Of a stretch of DNA of 64,000 nucleotides, positions 63,211-64,000 are shown in pieces; the stretch's first letter is position 1, and every line of letters starts with the position of its first letter. Under the pieces are notes generated by a model. That model was given only the letters and a program-made list of their open reading frames with translations. It ran no database searches and had not been told where the DNA came from. The position numbers were made by a program, and so were the translations under genes. The stretch lies in contig JANJGN010000022.1 of NCBI GenBank assembly GCA_026770705.1, positions 31,372,001-31,436,000 of the forward strand. Direction: 5' to 3'. Origin of the DNA: Isurus oxyrinchus. Its lineage: Eukaryota.

Positions 63211-64000
63211 TGGTAGCAGAGGATTGACTTCGATCTCTTCAAGCTCGAGAACAGAAAGCAATCCCTGTTTCTGACCAAACCAAAGCTCCTGGCGCTTTTA
63301 AAGTGAAATTGCTGAGTCACGCTGCAGGATCAGAAATTATGAATGCCCACCAGTCGTTTCGGACTGGAACCATACAAACAATGGAAGAATGAGGTGGACA
63401 TGTGGACTCGGGTCACTTCTCTAGCCAAAAGGAAGCAAGGTATGGCTTTGGTCTTTTCTTTACCAGGAAGAAGTAAGATACTACTACAATTTATGGACAG
63501 GATTTGCAAAAAAGATGACTTATTAGAATCCTGTGAGGCATGGACAATATTTGATAAATTTAAGAAGAATGGACAATCAGTCCATAGAAGAATATATTAT
63601 GAATTTTGAGAGGTTATATAAAAGACTAAAGAAATTCAATCTGGAAATTCTGGAGCCTGTATTTGTGTTCAAATTATTAGACTGTGCACAAATCTCACAC
63701 ATGGATAGACTTTTGGTTTTGACAGGTGTTCAATTTCATGGCGATGACTCTCTTTTTGAACAAGCTGCTGCTTTCAAAAAATTTAGGGGGAAACAATCAT
63801 TTCCGGCTACATTCGCGAGAGATGTTGGAAATTCTGCAGTAGTACGAAGAATGGAGGACTTCATGATTACTGACTCTCAAAATCGACTGGGAGCCTAGTC
63901 ACAGGCGCTTGTACAAAGAAGGAATTGCTGGAAGGCGTTCTGAGGTGGGTCGTACTTTTAATAGATTTATAGTTCAAGGTGAAGCACAAGGGGTGAGAAC
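63211..64000 (+). mobile_element. LTR retrotransposon 5' internal region (probably Copia-like): tRNA-iMet PBS and frameshifted gag; 5' LTR ends at 63210, its start unresolved
   Basis: ...aaaCA TGGTAGCAGAGGAT is complementary to the 3' end of initiator tRNA-Met; gag-like PYKQWKNEVDMW...KQGMAL and SIEEYIMNFERLY. Confidence 0.75.

Overview
Repeat-rich vertebrate genomic DNA. The repeat mix (CR1, Deu-type SINEs, Penelope pLTRs, GGGCAGAAT-ended Harbinger MITEs) suggests a cartilaginous fish, which is my inference. The window holds two diverged tandem copies of a segment (A: <1-~24120; B: ~43232-~61025). Each copy carries a minus-strand B7-family (CD276/PD-L1-like) gene. Copy B is leader-IgV-IgC-TM-short tail (278 aa); copy A has cleanly lost the IgC exon and still reads in frame (181 aa). 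Every codon that differs between the two changes the amino acid. Upstream of each gene lie full-length Tx1-clade LINEs (a head-to-tail pair in A, one in B). The most unusual signal is a tRNA-Thr(UGU)-like head shared by these Tx1 elements and a short multimeric SINE. The Tx1/Tx1 junction and all SINE monomer junctions fall at the same point of that head (CCCCAAG|ATCRAGAGTTCA, next to the B box). This suggests a LINE/SINE pair that inserts into its own tRNA-derived promoter and builds tandem arrays. Also present: Penelope insertions with minimal hammerhead motifs (one a perfect 36-bp fold-back), a Harbinger remnant with matching MITEs, Gypsy and Copia-like remnants, and CR1/L2-group LINEs. All alignments and counts were made by eye.
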